A DNA stretch of 64,000 bases from Aquificaceae bacterium (GTDB lineage: Bacteria > Aquificota > Aquificia > Aquificales > Aquificaceae), in contig JAXSNR010000002.1 of assembly GCA_037925075.1 (NCBI GenBank), positions 320,001-384,000 on the forward strand, written 5' to 3'. This document shows positions 48,910 through 59,603 of this stretch, piece after piece. Numbering within the stretch: the first letter of the stretch is position 1; each line of letters begins with the position of its first letter. Position numbers and translations under genes: made by a program. A model generated the notes under the pieces. The model was not told the DNA's origin. It made no database searches and saw nothing but the letters and a program-made list of their open reading frames with translations.

Positions 48910-49492
48910 GATATTCAAGGAAAAGGGGGGTGTGCTAAAGGTTCTTGACCTTTGGGACTGGTATGAATCCCTTGAGCCAAAGGACCAAAAGAGGGTAAAG
49001 TACTACTTTTCCCTTAAAAGCATAAAGGATATGCGTTTTCCCTTTAGGGCAAAGTACTTTGACTCGGGGGAGGTTATAAACCCGGGATACACAAAAGCCA
49101 CCCTTCTTGGCACCCTTGCACAGACCGCACTGCTTGATGGCAAATACGAGGATGCGGAATGGCTATACCTTAAAGCCCTTGAGCTTAGCGAAAAACCGTA
49201 CGAAAAACACCTTATCCTTAACGACCTTCTTATGCTCTCTCAGAAGCTAAAGGACTTTGAAAGGATGGAAAGGTATGCCCGTATGGACTTGGAGCTCTTT
49301 GAGGAATACAAGGAAGAGTTAAAGGAAAGAAACGGAGGAAGTATGCCTCAGATAAACTCCTATGAGATCATGGTTTATCTTTTGGAGAGAAAGGGTGACA
49401 AGGCATCAGCCCTCAAGCTTTTGGAAAGACTGCATTCAGAAGGTGTCCCCCACCCCTTTTACCAAGAGGTAAAGCGAAGACTAACAGAATGA
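48890..49492 (+). CDS. Hypothetical helical (TPR-like) protein
   Basis: 200-aa [18 protein letters not shown] is TPR-like. Confidence 0.6.
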   Translation: MIGKVFRIFKEKGGVLKVLDLWDWYESLEPKDQKRVKYYFSLKSIKDMRFPFRAKYFDSGEVINPGYTKATLLGTLAQTALLDGKYEDAEWLYLKALELSEKPYEKHLILNDLLMLSQKLKDFERMERYARMDLELFEEYKEELKERNGGSMPQINSYEIMVYLLERKGDKASALKLLERLHSEGVPHPFYQEVKRRLTE

Positions 49493-50382
49493 AATACCAC
49501 AGGCTTTTAAGAAAGGTGGTCCAACTACAAAGAAGTAAAAGGCTCATACCGGAAAACTCCTCACTTCTCATTGCCTTTTCCGGTGGTGTGGATTCTGTAG
49601 CCCTTGCCCTTTGTATGTTTGAGCTAAGGGATTTCCTAAAACTTAGAAAGCTTGCCCTTGCCCATATAAACCATCAGCTAAGAGGGGAAGAGTCCTTTAG
49701 AGACGAGGCCTTTTGTGTGGAGTTTGCAAGGAATAAGGGATTAGAGATATTCGTAAAGAGGTTGAGAATACAACTAAAAGGCGAAAACCTTGAGGCAAAG
49801 GCTAGGGAGTTAAGGTACAAAGCCCTTGAGGAGATAAGGCATAAGGAAGGCTTTGACCTTATAGCTACCGCACATCATCTTAATGACCTTGTGGAAACCA
49901 TACTCTTGTGGCTTGTGCGTGGTGCTGGAAGGGAGGGACTTTTAGGCTTTGAGGAAAAGGAAGGCAATGTGGTAAGACCTCTGTATTTGGCTACAAGGGA
50001 GGAGATAGAAGACTTTGTCAGGTCAAAAGGGGAAAGGTGGGTGGAAGACTCTACCAACTATGACCTGAGCTATGCTCGAAACCTCATAAGACATAAGGTT
50101 ATCCCAGAGCTTAAAAGGATAAACCCAAGGCTTGAAGAAAGTTTTCTAAGGCTTAGGGAGATACTAAGGGAAGAAGAAAGCCTACTTGAAGACCTCACTC
50201 AGCAAGCCATAAGGGAGGTTGTCAAAGAGGGTGAGTTTGACAGAAAAGCCTTTTTAAGGCTACCGCAAGCCCTGAGGAGGAAAGTAATCTATCACATATA
50301 CGGTATAAGGGGCATGAAAGAGGTAGAAAGGTTTATAAACAGTATAAAAAAGGGTATGCCCTTGAAAAGCCCAGATGCATGA
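49489..50382 (+). CDS. tilS: tRNA(Ile)-lysidine synthase
   Basis: SGGVDS, HINHQLR, ARELRY, TAHHLND, RPL, EDSTN, RNLIRH. Confidence 0.95.
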   Translation: MKYHRLLRKVVQLQRSKRLIPENSSLLIAFSGGVDSVALALCMFELRDFLKLRKLALAHINHQLRGEESFRDEAFCVEFARNKGLEIFVKRLRIQLKGENLEAKARELRYKALEEIRHKEGFDLIATAHHLNDLVETILLWLVRGAGREGLLGFEEKEGNVVRPLYLATREEIEDFVRSKGERWVEDSTNYDLSYARNLIRHKVIPELKRINPRLEESFLRLREILREEESLLEDLTQQAIREVVKEGEFDRKAFLRLPQALRRKVIYHIYGIRGMKEVERFINSIKKGMPLKSPDA

Positions 50383-50416
50383 TTAATATTAAATCCTTAA
50401 GCGTGGAGGTAATCGG

Positions 50417-52294
50417 ATGCAGTGGATGAAGAGTATTTTTATATGGGTTGTTCTTTTAGGTTTTATGGTTCTTGCCTTTAATCTCTTTGAGGGCAACAGG
50501 AGCCAGTCAGCGGTCAAGACACCAATAAACACGGTGCTTGAGCTTGCGGAAGAGGGCAAGCTTAAAGAGGTAAAAGTAAAGGACAACCTGCTAACTGGTA
50601 TAACCACTGAGGGTCAAAAGATAGAAACGGGCATCCCACCTGGCTCGGACATTGTAAACAAGCTTATAGATAAGGGTGTAAAGGTAGAGGTGGCGGTGCA
50701 AGAGGGCGGTTGGCTTGTGCCCTTTTTGGTCTCTTGGCTTCCCATACTTCTCTTTATAGGCATATGGATATACATGATGAGACAGGTAAGCGGTGGTGGA
50801 AACCCCACATCCAGAGCCTTTAGCTTTGGAAAGAGCAGGGCAAAGGTCTACATAGACGAAAAGCCAAAGGTTACCCTTGAAAACGTGGCGGGTATGGAAG
50901 AGGTTAAAGAAGAGGTGAAGGAGATAATAGAGTATTTAAAGGATCCAGTGAAATTCCAAAAGCTTGGTGGCAGACCTCCAAAGGGTGTTTTGTTCTATGG
51001 CGAGCCTGGCGTGGGTAAGACCCTTTTGGCAAAAGCCATAGCGGGCGAAGCCCATGTACCCTTTATATCAGTTTCTGGTTCAGACTTCGTGGAGATGTTT
51101 GTGGGTGTGGGTGCGGCGCGTGTGAGGGACCTTTTTGACACCGCCAAAAAACATGCACCCTGTATCATATTCATAGACGAAATAGATGCAGTGGGTCGTT
51201 CCAGGGGTGCCATAAACCTTGGCGGAGGGCACGATGAGAGAGAACAAACCTTAAACCAGCTTCTTGTGGAGATGGACGGCTTTGACACCTCTGAAGGTAT
51301 AATTGTTATAGCAGCTACCAACAGACCAGACATATTAGACCCTGCCCTTTTGAGACCCGGCAGGTTTGACAGGCAGATATACATACCAAGGCCAGACGTA
51401 AAGGGAAGGTATGAGATACTCAAGGTGCATGCAAAAGACAAAAAGCTGGCGCCTGATGTGGACCTTGAGATAGTGGCAAGGGCTACTCCCGGCTTTACCG
51501 GTGCGGACCTTGAAAATGTGCTTAACGAGGCGGCGCTTCTCGCCGCAAGGAAGGGCAAAGAAGCCATAGAAATGCAGGACATAGAGGAGGCCATAGACAG
51601 GATAACCATGGGGCTTGAGAGAAAGGGTATGGTCATATCTCCAAAGGAGAAGGAAAAGATCGCATACCATGAGATGGGGCATGCCATAATGAGCCTTATG
51701 GTTCCCGGCTCTGATCCTCTTCATAAGGTCTCCATAATACCAAGAGGTATGGCTCTCGGTGTTACCCAACAACTACCCATAGACGACAAGCACATGTACG
51801 ACAGGCAAGACCTTTACGGGAAGATACTGACCTTGATGGGGGGGCGCGCAGCGGAAGAGGTCTTCTACGGAAAGGAAGGCATAACCACCGGGGCGGAGAA
51901 CGACCTTCAGAGGGCTACAGAGCTTGCCTACAGGATGGTTTCCATGTGGGGGATGAGCGAAAGGGTAGGTCCTCTGGCCGTGAGAAGAAATGTAAATCCC
52001 TTCCTCGGTGGTATGACCACATCTGTGGATATAAGCGAAGACCTTAGAAAGGAAATAGACGAGGAGGTAAAGAAAATACTCACAAGAGCATACGAAGACA
52101 CTAAGAGTGTTGTTCTGGAGCATAAGGAAGCCATACAGGCGGTGGTAAAGAAGCTTTTGGAAAAGGAAACCATGTCCTGTGAGGAGGTGGTGGAAATACT
52201 AAAGCTTTATGGAATTGAAGTCAAAAACGAGTGCAAGAAGGAGGAGTATAGAATAGAGGAGAAAGAGAAAACCCTTGAGCAGGAGGTGGCATAA
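50417..52294 (+). CDS. ftsH: ATP-dependent zinc metalloprotease FtsH
   Basis: Two TM helices, Walker [26 protein letters not shown]. Confidence 0.97.
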   Translation: MQWMKSIFIWVVLLGFMVLAFNLFEGNRSQSAVKTPINTVLELAEEGKLKEVKVKDNLLTGITTEGQKIETGIPPGSDIVNKLIDKGVKVEVAVQEGGWLVPFLVSWLPILLFIGIWIYMMRQVSGGGNPTSRAFSFGKSRAKVYIDEKPKVTLENVAGMEEVKEEVKEIIEYLKDPVKFQKLGGRPPKGVLFYGEPGVGKTLLAKAIAGEAHVPFISVSGSDFVEMFVGVGAARVRDLFDTAKKHAPCIIFIDEIDAVGRSRGAINLGGGHDEREQTLNQLLVEMDGFDTSEGIIVIAATNRPDILDPALLRPGRFDRQIYIPRPDVKGRYEILKVHAKDKKLAPDVDLEIVARATPGFTGADLENVLNEAALLAARKGKEAIEMQDIEEAIDRITMGLERKGMVISPKEKEKIAYHEMGHAIMSLMVPGSDPLHKVSIIPRGMALGVTQQLPIDDKHMYDRQDLYGKILTLMGGRAAEEVFYGKEGITTGAENDLQRATELAYRMVSMWGMSERVGPLAVRRNVNPFLGGMTTSVDISEDLRKEIDEEVKKILTRAYEDTKSVVLEHKEAIQAVVKKLLEKETMSCEEVVEILKLYGIEVKNECKKEEYRIEEKEKTLEQEVA

Positions 52295-53583
52295 TGGGCA
52301 TGACTATAACAGAAAAGATACTGGCAAACCATGCGGGTAAAAAGGAGGTCTGTGCGGGAGAGCTCATAACCGTAAAGATAGACCTTGCCATGGCAAACGA
52401 TGTAACCGCACCCCTTGCCATAAAGATACTAGAAAAGTACGGCATACAAAGGGTCTTTGACCCAGAGAAGATAGCCCTTGTGCTTTCGCACTTTGTACCA
52501 GCAAAGGACATAAAGTCCGCAGAACAGGCAAAGATGGTGAGAGACTTCGCCAAAAAGCATAACATAAAGTGGTTTTTTCAAGAAGGTGAAGGCATAGAGC
52601 ATACCATACTACCAGAGCAGGGTATCGTGGTTCCCGGAGACCTTGTGGTGGGAGCGGATTCTCATACATGCACCTACGGAGGCATAGGTGCCTTTGCGAC
52701 CGGTATGGGTTCCACGGACATTGCCTACGCCATGGCTACGGGAGAAACATGGCTAAAGGTTCCACCTACCATGAAGTTTATCTTCTACGGAAAGCTTCAG
52801 CCCTGGGTATCAGGCAAAGACCTAATTTTGCACACCATAGGTCAAATAGGCGTGGACGGAGCCCTTTATAAGGCTATGGAGTTTGACGGCGAAGCCATAA
52901 GAAGCCTTTCTGTAGAGCAAAGGCTAACTATAGCCAACATGGCAATAGAAGCAGGCGGCAAAAGCGGAATAATAGCACCCGATGAAAAGACTATAGAATA
53001 TGTCTCCCAAAGGGCAAAGAAGCCTTGGAAGGTTTATCAAAGCGACCCGGATGCCAACTATGAGGTGGTCTATGAATGGGACGCAAGCAAGATAGAGCCT
53101 TTGGTGGCTTGGCCCTATCTGCCCTCAAATGTACATCCTGTTTCCGAATCTACCCATATAAGCATAGACCAAGCCTTTATAGGCTCTTGCACCAACGGAA
53201 GGATTGAGGACCTAAGGGTTGCAGCCAAGATACTTAAAGGCAAAAAGGTGCATCCTTACGTGAGGTGTATAGTGATCCCTGCGTCAAAGCAGGTTTATAT
53301 GCAAGCCCTAAAGGAAGGGCTTATAGACATATTCTTGGAGGCTGGATGTTCCGTTTCCGTTTCTACCTGCGGGCCGTGCCTTGGTGGGCATATGGGCATA
53401 CTGGCGGAGGGTGAACGTTGCATATCCACCTCCAACAGAAACTTCCCCGGAAGGATGGGACATCCCAAGAGCGAGGCCTATCTGGCAAATCCTGCGGTGG
53501 TTGCCGCAAGTGCGGTGCTTGGTAGGATCGCCCATCCAGAGGAGGTCCTCAGAAAGGAGGAGCTTGAAGAGGTTTTTGCTTGA
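52294..53583 (+). CDS. leuC: 3-isopropylmalate dehydratase large subunit
   Basis: DSHTCT, GSCTNGR, CGPCLG, STSNRNF. Confidence 0.88.
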   Translation: MGMTITEKILANHAGKKEVCAGELITVKIDLAMANDVTAPLAIKILEKYGIQRVFDPEKIALVLSHFVPAKDIKSAEQAKMVRDFAKKHNIKWFFQEGEGIEHTILPEQGIVVPGDLVVGADSHTCTYGGIGAFATGMGSTDIAYAMATGETWLKVPPTMKFIFYGKLQPWVSGKDLILHTIGQIGVDGALYKAMEFDGEAIRSLSVEQRLTIANMAIEAGGKSGIIAPDEKTIEYVSQRAKKPWKVYQSDPDANYEVVYEWDASKIEPLVAWPYLPSNVHPVSESTHISIDQAFIGSCTNGRIEDLRVAAKILKGKKVHPYVRCIVIPASKQVYMQALKEGLIDIFLEAGCSVSVSTCGPCLGGHMGILAEGERCISTSNRNFPGRMGHPKSEAYLANPAVVAASAVLGRIAHPEEVLRKEELEEVFA

Positions 53584-54022
53584 AGCAGACCTTCACAGGC
53601 TTGCCCAGTGGCTTAGGTTTCTTGGGCAGGACGCCCTCCTCCTTAAAGAAGCCATAAGTAAGGCGGAGATAACCAAGTACCCAGATAGGGTTTTTATAAC
53701 CACCTCAAGGAAGTTGGAAGAACACTTTAAAGCCTGGGGCATAGAGTACCTGATACTTCCCAAAGAGGATTGGAAGGTCCAGCTTTGCCTTTTGATCAAG
53801 TACTTCAACATAGAACCTGTCTTGAAGCTAAACAGATGTTATTATTGCAATGGGGAGCTTATGGAGGTCAGCAGGGAGGAGGTAAAGGAAAAGTTACCCC
53901 CCATGGCTTACCTCTACGGAAGGGACTTTACAGTTTGCCCTCAGTGTGGAAAGGTCTATTGGAAGGGCTCACATCATCCAAAGCTAAGAAGAGTTCTAAG
54001 AGAAGTGCTTACCGCCTGTTAG
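53564..54022 (+). CDS. Mut7-C (PIN-like) RNase domain protein
   Basis: LAQWLRFLGQD, RCYYCNG, CPQCGKVYWKGSH; TTG start after AAGGAGG. Confidence 0.8.
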   Translation: MKRFLLEADLHRLAQWLRFLGQDALLLKEAISKAEITKYPDRVFITTSRKLEEHFKAWGIEYLILPKEDWKVQLCLLIKYFNIEPVLKLNRCYYCNGELMEVSREEVKEKLPPMAYLYGRDFTVCPQCGKVYWKGSHHPKLRRVLREVLTAC

Positions 54023-55318
54023 GTATTCTTCCACTCTTTTTGCCACCTCGTAGCTTGACCTTATACAATCCGCCACAGAAACACCGTACAGATAGTTTCC
54101 CGTAAGGAAAAGTCCCAGGTTTTCCCTCTCAAGGGTCTTTGCAAGTTCAAGGTATCTGCCGTAGCCTAAGTTATACTGAGGTATAGCCTTTTTCCACCTT
54201 GTTATGTTGAGAAAATCCACACCGTTTACGCCGAGTGTTTCTTTAAGCTCCTTTTCCACTATGTCCCTTATGGCTTCTTCTTCGTACTCTACCACCTCTG
54301 GGTCTGTGGCACCTCCCAAGTAAAGGGTTAGAAGGTCCTTACCCTCTGGAGCCCTGTTTTTGAATATCTGAGAGGAGAACAGAACGCCCAAAAGCCTTTT
54401 GCCCTCCACCCTTGGTACAAGAAAGCCAAAGCCGGGGGGAACCAAGCCAGCTTTTACACTTACATGGACCACCACAACCGGAGCGTAGTATATCTCGTCA
54501 AACTTCTCCGACGCACTCCAAGATATGTCCCTAAGTAGATAACCTGCAGAGGTTGCGGGAGCAGACACCACCACAGCCTTAGCCTCATATTTACCTTTTT
54601 TTGCATCAAGTACAAAGCGGTCTTCCCTTCTTCTTATTTTAAGGACCACGTTTTGTGTATCCACATTAAGCTTCGAAGAAAGACTTTCTATGAGGGTGTG
54701 GTTTCCACCTTCAAAGGATATGAGCCTTCCAGCAGGTCCCAAGGCTTTGAGCTTTATGGCTCCCTTTATAAGGCTTCCGAACCTTTGTTCAAGTTCATAG
54801 ACTTTCCTGACCGCATGCCTTACAGAAAGCCTCTCTGGATCTCCCGCATAAACTCCCGACACAAAGGGAGCCACTATGTAGTCAAGAAACTCCTTCCCAA
54901 GCCTTCTACGAACAAACTCTCCTATACTTTCTTCCGTCTTTACCGAAGTTGGTACAAAGGGCTCTCTCAAAACCTTTAACTTACCACTCAAGGACAGAAG
55001 GGGGGAGGTCAAAAAGCTCAAAGGAGACATGGGCAAAGGCACAAGCCTGCCCTTTTTGTAAACGTACCTTATCTTTGCTTCCTCTTTTGCGTACTGAGGA
55101 CTTATGCCCACATCCTTCAAAAACTCTTCCACCTTGGCATCAGCAAGTACCGTTTGAGGTCCAAGCTCAAGAACAAAGCCGTCCTTCCTTACGGTTTGTA
55201 TGTTGCCTCCGGGCAGGTCTTCCTTTTCAAAGACGAAAACCTCAAAGCCTTTCCTTTTAAGATGGAAGGCAACAGAAAGCCCAGATATGCCACTTCCGAT
55301 TACCGCTACATCTATCAT
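53996..55318 (-). CDS. hemG: Protoporphyrinogen/coproporphyrinogen oxidase (HemY type)
   Basis: [36 protein letters not shown]. Confidence 0.9.
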   Translation of the reverse strand: MIDVAVIGSGISGLSVAFHLKRKGFEVFVFEKEDLPGGNIQTVRKDGFVLELGPQTVLADAKVEEFLKDVGISPQYAKEEAKIRYVYKKGRLVPLPMSPLSFLTSPLLSLSGKLKVLREPFVPTSVKTEESIGEFVRRRLGKEFLDYIVAPFVSGVYAGDPERLSVRHAVRKVYELEQRFGSLIKGAIKLKALGPAGRLISFEGGNHTLIESLSSKLNVDTQNVVLKIRRREDRFVLDAKKGKYEAKAVVVSAPATSAGYLLRDISWSASEKFDEIYYAPVVVVHVSVKAGLVPPGFGFLVPRVEGKRLLGVLFSSQIFKNRAPEGKDLLTLYLGGATDPEVVEYEEEAIRDIVEKELKETLGVNGVDFLNITRWKKAIPQYNLGYGRYLELAKTLERENLGLFLTGNYLYGVSVADCIRSSYEVAKRVEEYLTGGKHFS

Positions 55319-56118
55319 GTCTTGTAGGGCACTCCCTTAAGGGGTGAAGAGGGCACCGCATAAGTCCTCTTTGGCATCCTTCCCGCAAGGTAAGAAAGCC
55401 TTCCAGATATAACCGCATACTTCATGGCTACCGCCATCCTTATTGGGTCCTTTGCCTCCGCAAGGGCTGTGTTGGTTAGAATTCCGTCAATGCCCAACTC
55501 CATAACTGGGGGTATATCAGAGGCACTACCTATGCCAGCATCCACTATAACGGGTACAGATACCGCCTCCTTTATAAAGATCAGGTTGTAGGGGTTTTGC
55601 ATGCCAAGGCCTGAGCCTATGGGTGCTGCAAGGGGCATAACCGCTGCACAGCCTATATCCTCAAACTTCTTTGCATAAACGGGGTCGTCAAAGATGTAGG
55701 GTAGGACCACAAAGCCCTCTTTAACAAGAAACTTGCAAGCCTTGAGGGTCTCCTCCATATCCGGTAGAAGGGTCTTCTGGTCGCCTATAACCTCAAGCTT
55801 TACCCAGTTTATACCTGTTGCCTCCCTTGCCAGCATGGCAGTCTTTATGGCCTCTTCCGCGGTATAACAGCCGGCGGTATTGGGTAGTATCTGATACTTG
55901 TTTGGGTCTATGTAATCAAGGAGGTTTTCCTTGCTTCTGTCTGTGATGTTTACCCTACGCACCGCGACCGTTATCATCTCCGCACCGGAAGCCTCAAGAA
56001 CCTCCTTCGTCTCTTGAAAGCTCTTGAATTTGCCAGAGCCTATTATGAGCCTTGACCTGAATTGCTTCCCTGCGATCTCCAAGTAGTCCTCTTCCAAAAG
56101 CCTTTCGTAATCTAACAT
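55315..56118 (-). CDS. thiG: Thiazole synthase
   Basis: [45 protein letters not shown]. Confidence 0.95.
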   Translation of the reverse strand: MLDYERLLEEDYLEIAGKQFRSRLIIGSGKFKSFQETKEVLEASGAEMITVAVRRVNITDRSKENLLDYIDPNKYQILPNTAGCYTAEEAIKTAMLAREATGINWVKLEVIGDQKTLLPDMEETLKACKFLVKEGFVVLPYIFDDPVYAKKFEDIGCAAVMPLAAPIGSGLGMQNPYNLIFIKEAVSVPVIVDAGIGSASDIPPVMELGIDGILTNTALAEAKDPIRMAVAMKYAVISGRLSYLAGRMPKRTYAVPSSPLKGVPYKT

Positions 56119-56325
56119 CTATCCACCTCCTACTATGTTTACTATCTCAACCCTGTCGCCCTCTTTTAGCACATACTCCGCATACTTGCTTTTTGGCACA
56201 ATTTCTTCGTTTACCGCCACTGCAAGACCTATGGGGCGAACCTCTACACCCTCCTTCTCCAAAAGGGAAAGCAGAGTAATATTGTTCTCCACCTCAAGGT
56301 GCTTTCCATTAACTATGAGCCTCAT
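56119..56325 (-). CDS. thiS: Sulfur carrier protein ThiS
   Basis: AVAVNEEIVPK, GDRVEIV, C-terminal GG; start ATG 56325. Confidence 0.92.
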   Translation of the reverse strand: MRLIVNGKHLEVENNITLLSLLEKEGVEVRPIGLAVAVNEEIVPKSKYAEYVLKEGDRVEIVNIVGGG

Positions 56326-56455
56326 GGAATTATTAAATATAGCCTTTGCCCTTGTTTTGCAAGATGGATAAGTGTATCGGTATATTCTTAATTCTTTATT
56401 TATGACCATGAAACCTAAAAAGTAGAAATTGAATAAATCTTCATTTTGATAGGTA

Positions 56456-56484
56456 TTGACAAAATAGAAATATTTGCATATACT
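56456..56484 (+). promoter_or_regulatory. Near-consensus sigma70 promoter of the oxidase operon
   Basis: TTGACA-17 nt-TATACT in an AT-rich intergenic region. Confidence 0.7.
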
Positions 56485-56533
56485 TATAAGTGAGTTTTAT
56501 CTTTGTATAAAAACTTCTTATAGGAGGTATGCC

Positions 56534-56659
56534 ATGAAGGACGAGCACTTCTTCCCAAAGGGGGCGGTAGCCTTCTTTCTTTTCATGCTTGGTTTTTATG
56601 CCCTTGTGTGGCTATCCACTTACCTGACCATGCTTGCCAGAGGTCAAACACAACCATAA
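56534..56659 (+). CDS. ba3-type cytochrome c oxidase subunit IIa (41 aa)
   Basis: SD AGGAGGT; single TM helix PKGAVAFF...W...Y...RG; immediately upstream of subunit II. Confidence 0.8.
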   Translation: MKDEHFFPKGAVAFFLFMLGFYALVWLSTYLTMLARGQTQP

Positions 56660-56671
56660 GGAGGTAGAGCC

Positions 56672-57109
56672 ATGGACAAGGCGGAAAAGACTGCTCTTAT
56701 ATTGGCGATAGGCTTTCTTGCTTTCTTTGCAGGCTTGTTGGTGTACGCCGCAAAGGCTCTCAATATTGAAGTTCCCACATGTATAACGGACGTAAATCCC
56801 TTCACCGAAGGAAAGGTGATCCAACATGCTCCCAACAGGTACGAAATCCACTACCTTGCCAAAATGTGGTACTTTGAACCCGCGGATGTGGAAATTCCCG
56901 CTGGCTCTGTGGTGGATATTTATCTGACGAGTGCGGATGTGATACACGGCTTTCAGATTGATGGCACCAACATAAACCTTATGGCTATACCGGGTACTGT
57001 TGCATACGCAAGGTACAAGTTTGACAAGCCCGGTGTGTATCACATAGTATGCCATGAATACTGCGGTATAGGACATCAGGATATGGCTACAAAGATAGTA
57101 GTCAAATAA
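56672..57109 (+). CDS. B-family (ba3) cytochrome c oxidase subunit II
   Basis: One TM helix; CuA ligands DVIHGF and CHEYCGIGHQDM. Confidence 0.92.
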   Translation: MDKAEKTALILAIGFLAFFAGLLVYAAKALNIEVPTCITDVNPFTEGKVIQHAPNRYEIHYLAKMWYFEPADVEIPAGSVVDIYLTSADVIHGFQIDGTNINLMAIPGTVAYARYKFDKPGVYHIVCHEYCGIGHQDMATKIVVK

Positions 57110-57121
57110 AGGAGGTAAGCC

Positions 57122-58864
57122 ATGAAGGTGGACAGGACAATAAGAAACATAATAGTGGCTGAGATAGTTTTTCCCATTGTGCTTCTTGTTTTTGGCATTT
57201 ACCACGGCCTTATGCAGGTGCTTTATAGGGCTGGTGTAATAAAGGACATGTCCGTGGGTGGCATTGAGTACTATCAAGGTCTTACCCTTCACGGCGTTAT
57301 AAACGCCATAGTTTTCACCACCATAATCATAGTGGCCCTTGGAAACATAGTTTTCCTTTACTACCTTAAAAAGCCTCTGAGAGCACCCGTTCAGTGGCTT
57401 AGCCTCATTCTTATGTTTGGTGGCACCCTTATGGCCTCATGGGCTATGTTCACTGGCAAGGCAAACGTGCTATATACCTTTTATCCACCGCTTTTAGCCC
57501 ATTGGACCTTCTATTTAGGCGCCGCTCTTCTGATAGTGGGATCCCTTGTTCCCCTCTTCTTTGATTGGCTACCCAACTACATCTCATGGAAGAGAGAAAA
57601 CCCCGGTCAGAAGGTACCCCTTGCAGTTTATGGCATGCTTATAAACCACATAATGTGGCTTATTATGGTGGTGCCCGTAGTGATTGAGGTCCTCTTCCAG
57701 CTACTTCCCCTCTCCCTTGGTCTTGTTCAGGAGATAAACCCCTCCCTTGCAAGGACCCTTTTCTGGGCCTTTGGACACCCAGTGGTGTACTTCTGGCTTT
57801 TGCCCGCCTATGTGATGCTTTATACGATCCTGCCAAAGATTGTGACCGGTGACGGAAAGCTATACTCCGATGGTGCAGCAAGGCTCGTTTTTATACTCTT
57901 CCTCATACTCTCCTTCCCGGTAGGGCTTCATCACCAGTTTACAGAGCCGGGAATAAGCAACAACTACAAGCTTATACACGCCCTCTTTACCTTTGGTGTG
58001 GCGGTTCCCAGTATGATAACCGCCTTTACCGTGGCTTCATCCCTTGAATACTCCATAAAGTCCAAGTACCCAGAGCTTAAGAACTCCCTATTCTACTGGT
58101 GGACAAAGATCCCCTACATAAGCCTTGAAGGCAACAAGTGGCTTGTCTCCTACTTTATGGCGGGTCTCTTCCTCTTCTTTGTGGGTGGTATTACTGGAAT
58201 TATAAACGCCTCTTACAACATGAACCAAGTGGTACACAACACCTCCTTTCTGCCCGGGCACTTCCACACCACCGTTGGCGGACTTGTGACCCTTGTGTTT
58301 CTTGGTATGTCCCTTTACTTTTTGTCTCAGCTTACTGGAAAGGAGATAAGGTTCAAGGGTCTTGCGGTACTTGCTCCTTGGCTTTGGTGGCAGGGTATGC
58401 TTATATTTGAGTACGCCATGTCTTTTGCAGGTATGCATGGCTTTCCAAGGAGGACCAACACGGGAATTTCTTATCTGAACCCAGAATCTCCCCTATACAG
58501 GCCTGAATGGGTAGGGTATGCGGAGCTTTCCGTGTTTGCGGGTGTGCTTATAGTGGTCGGCTTTGTCTTCTGGGCTGTATCCTTCTTCGGAACGCTTCTT
58601 TCGCCCGCCGTTAGAGAGCCAGAGCTTGAAGTGCCCACCGCAGAACCTTACCACGATGAAAAGATGCCAGCCCTTCAAAAGCTAACCCCTTGGGTCGTCT
58701 TTAGCTCACTACTTTTCTTAATCTCCTACATACCGCCCCTTTACGATGTTACCAAGAAGGGAGTGTTCTTTGACTCACCGGGTTATAAGGATAAAAGCCC
58801 CGTTCCTACTACAAAGCCCCAGTCCGCAAGTGATGACAAAAGGAATGTTGTGGAAGTTAAATGA
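57122..58864 (+). CDS. B-family (ba3) cytochrome c oxidase subunit I
   Basis: YYQGLTLHG, WAFGHPVVYFW, GLHHQF, PGHFH, PRR. Confidence 0.93.
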   Translation: MKVDRTIRNIIVAEIVFPIVLLVFGIYHGLMQVLYRAGVIKDMSVGGIEYYQGLTLHGVINAIVFTTIIIVALGNIVFLYYLKKPLRAPVQWLSLILMFGGTLMASWAMFTGKANVLYTFYPPLLAHWTFYLGAALLIVGSLVPLFFDWLPNYISWKRENPGQKVPLAVYGMLINHIMWLIMVVPVVIEVLFQLLPLSLGLVQEINPSLARTLFWAFGHPVVYFWLLPAYVMLYTILPKIVTGDGKLYSDGAARLVFILFLILSFPVGLHHQFTEPGISNNYKLIHALFTFGVAVPSMITAFTVASSLEYSIKSKYPELKNSLFYWWTKIPYISLEGNKWLVSYFMAGLFLFFVGGITGIINASYNMNQVVHNTSFLPGHFHTTVGGLVTLVFLGMSLYFLSQLTGKEIRFKGLAVLAPWLWWQGMLIFEYAMSFAGMHGFPRRTNTGISYLNPESPLYRPEWVGYAELSVFAGVLIVVGFVFWAVSFFGTLLSPAVREPELEVPTAEPYHDEKMPALQKLTPWVVFSSLLFLISYIPPLYDVTKKGVFFDSPGYKDKSPVPTTKPQSASDDKRNVVEVK

Positions 58865-58874
58865 GGGTTCCGTC

Positions 58875-59603
58875 GTGTGCCATTCCTGTAGAGGGCTTTT
58901 GTCCCTCCTCTTTTTTATTTTCATCGCCTTCTCTCAAGAAGGTTCAACGGGTATACCACCCAACGAAGGGAAAACCCTTGGAAAAGAGCTTCCCCATGTG
59001 GCCCTTATAGATTCCAAAGGAAGAGAGTTTAGCCTTCGTAGCCTAAAGGGAAAGCCCCTTATTCTAAGCCCCATATACACCCACTGCAACTCCGCCTGCC
59101 CCATAATAACAGATTCTCTAAAAAAGGTTATACCCTCTCTTGGAAAGCCCGGTGAAGACTTTTGGGTTCTATCCCTTACCTTTGACCCTATGGACACACA
59201 AGAGGATATTCAAGCTTTTCAGGAAAAATACCAGCTTGATGGCGAAGGTTGGAAGGTGGTAAGGGCAAAAAGCAAGGAGGACCTTTTTAGACTTCTGGAT
59301 GCCATAGACTTTAGGTTTATGTCTGTGCCCAAGACAAGGGACTTTGTCCACCCAAACCTTGTGGTGTTCATATCTCCAGACATGAGGATTAAAAAGTATG
59401 TATATGGCGTCGTGTTTGAGGAAAAGGAAATGCGTAAGGCACTTGAATACTCTATGGGTAAAAGGGACCTTTTGGAAAGCTTTAAAGGGTTTTTGTTCTT
59501 CCTTGGTTTGATGGGCGTGTCCCTTAGTGGGCTTTACCTTGTGATAGGCACCGCAAAAGTTCTGTATAAAAGGGAAGAAAAGCTTACAGATAATAAGCTA
59601 TAG
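58875..59603 (+). CDS. SCO-family copper chaperone
   Basis: YTHCNSACP (CxxxC), FDP..D, DFVH; probable GTG start at 58875. Confidence 0.85.
   Translation: MCHSCRGLLSLLFFIFIAFSQEGSTGIPPNEGKTLGKELPHVALIDSKGREFSLRSLKGKPLILSPIYTHCNSACPIITDSLKKVIPSLGKPGEDFWVLSLTFDPMDTQEDIQAFQEKYQLDGEGWKVVRAKSKEDLFRLLDAIDFRFMSVPKTRDFVHPNLVVFISPDMRIKKYVYGVVFEEKEMRKALEYSMGKRDLLESFKGFLFFLGLMGVSLSGLYLVIGTAKVLYKREEKLTDNKL

Noticed and set aside
56428..56450. FNR/DNR box upstream of the oxidase promoter
   Set aside because: TTGAATAAATCTTCA and TTGAT do not form TTGAT-N4-ATCAA; too weak in AT-rich sequence.
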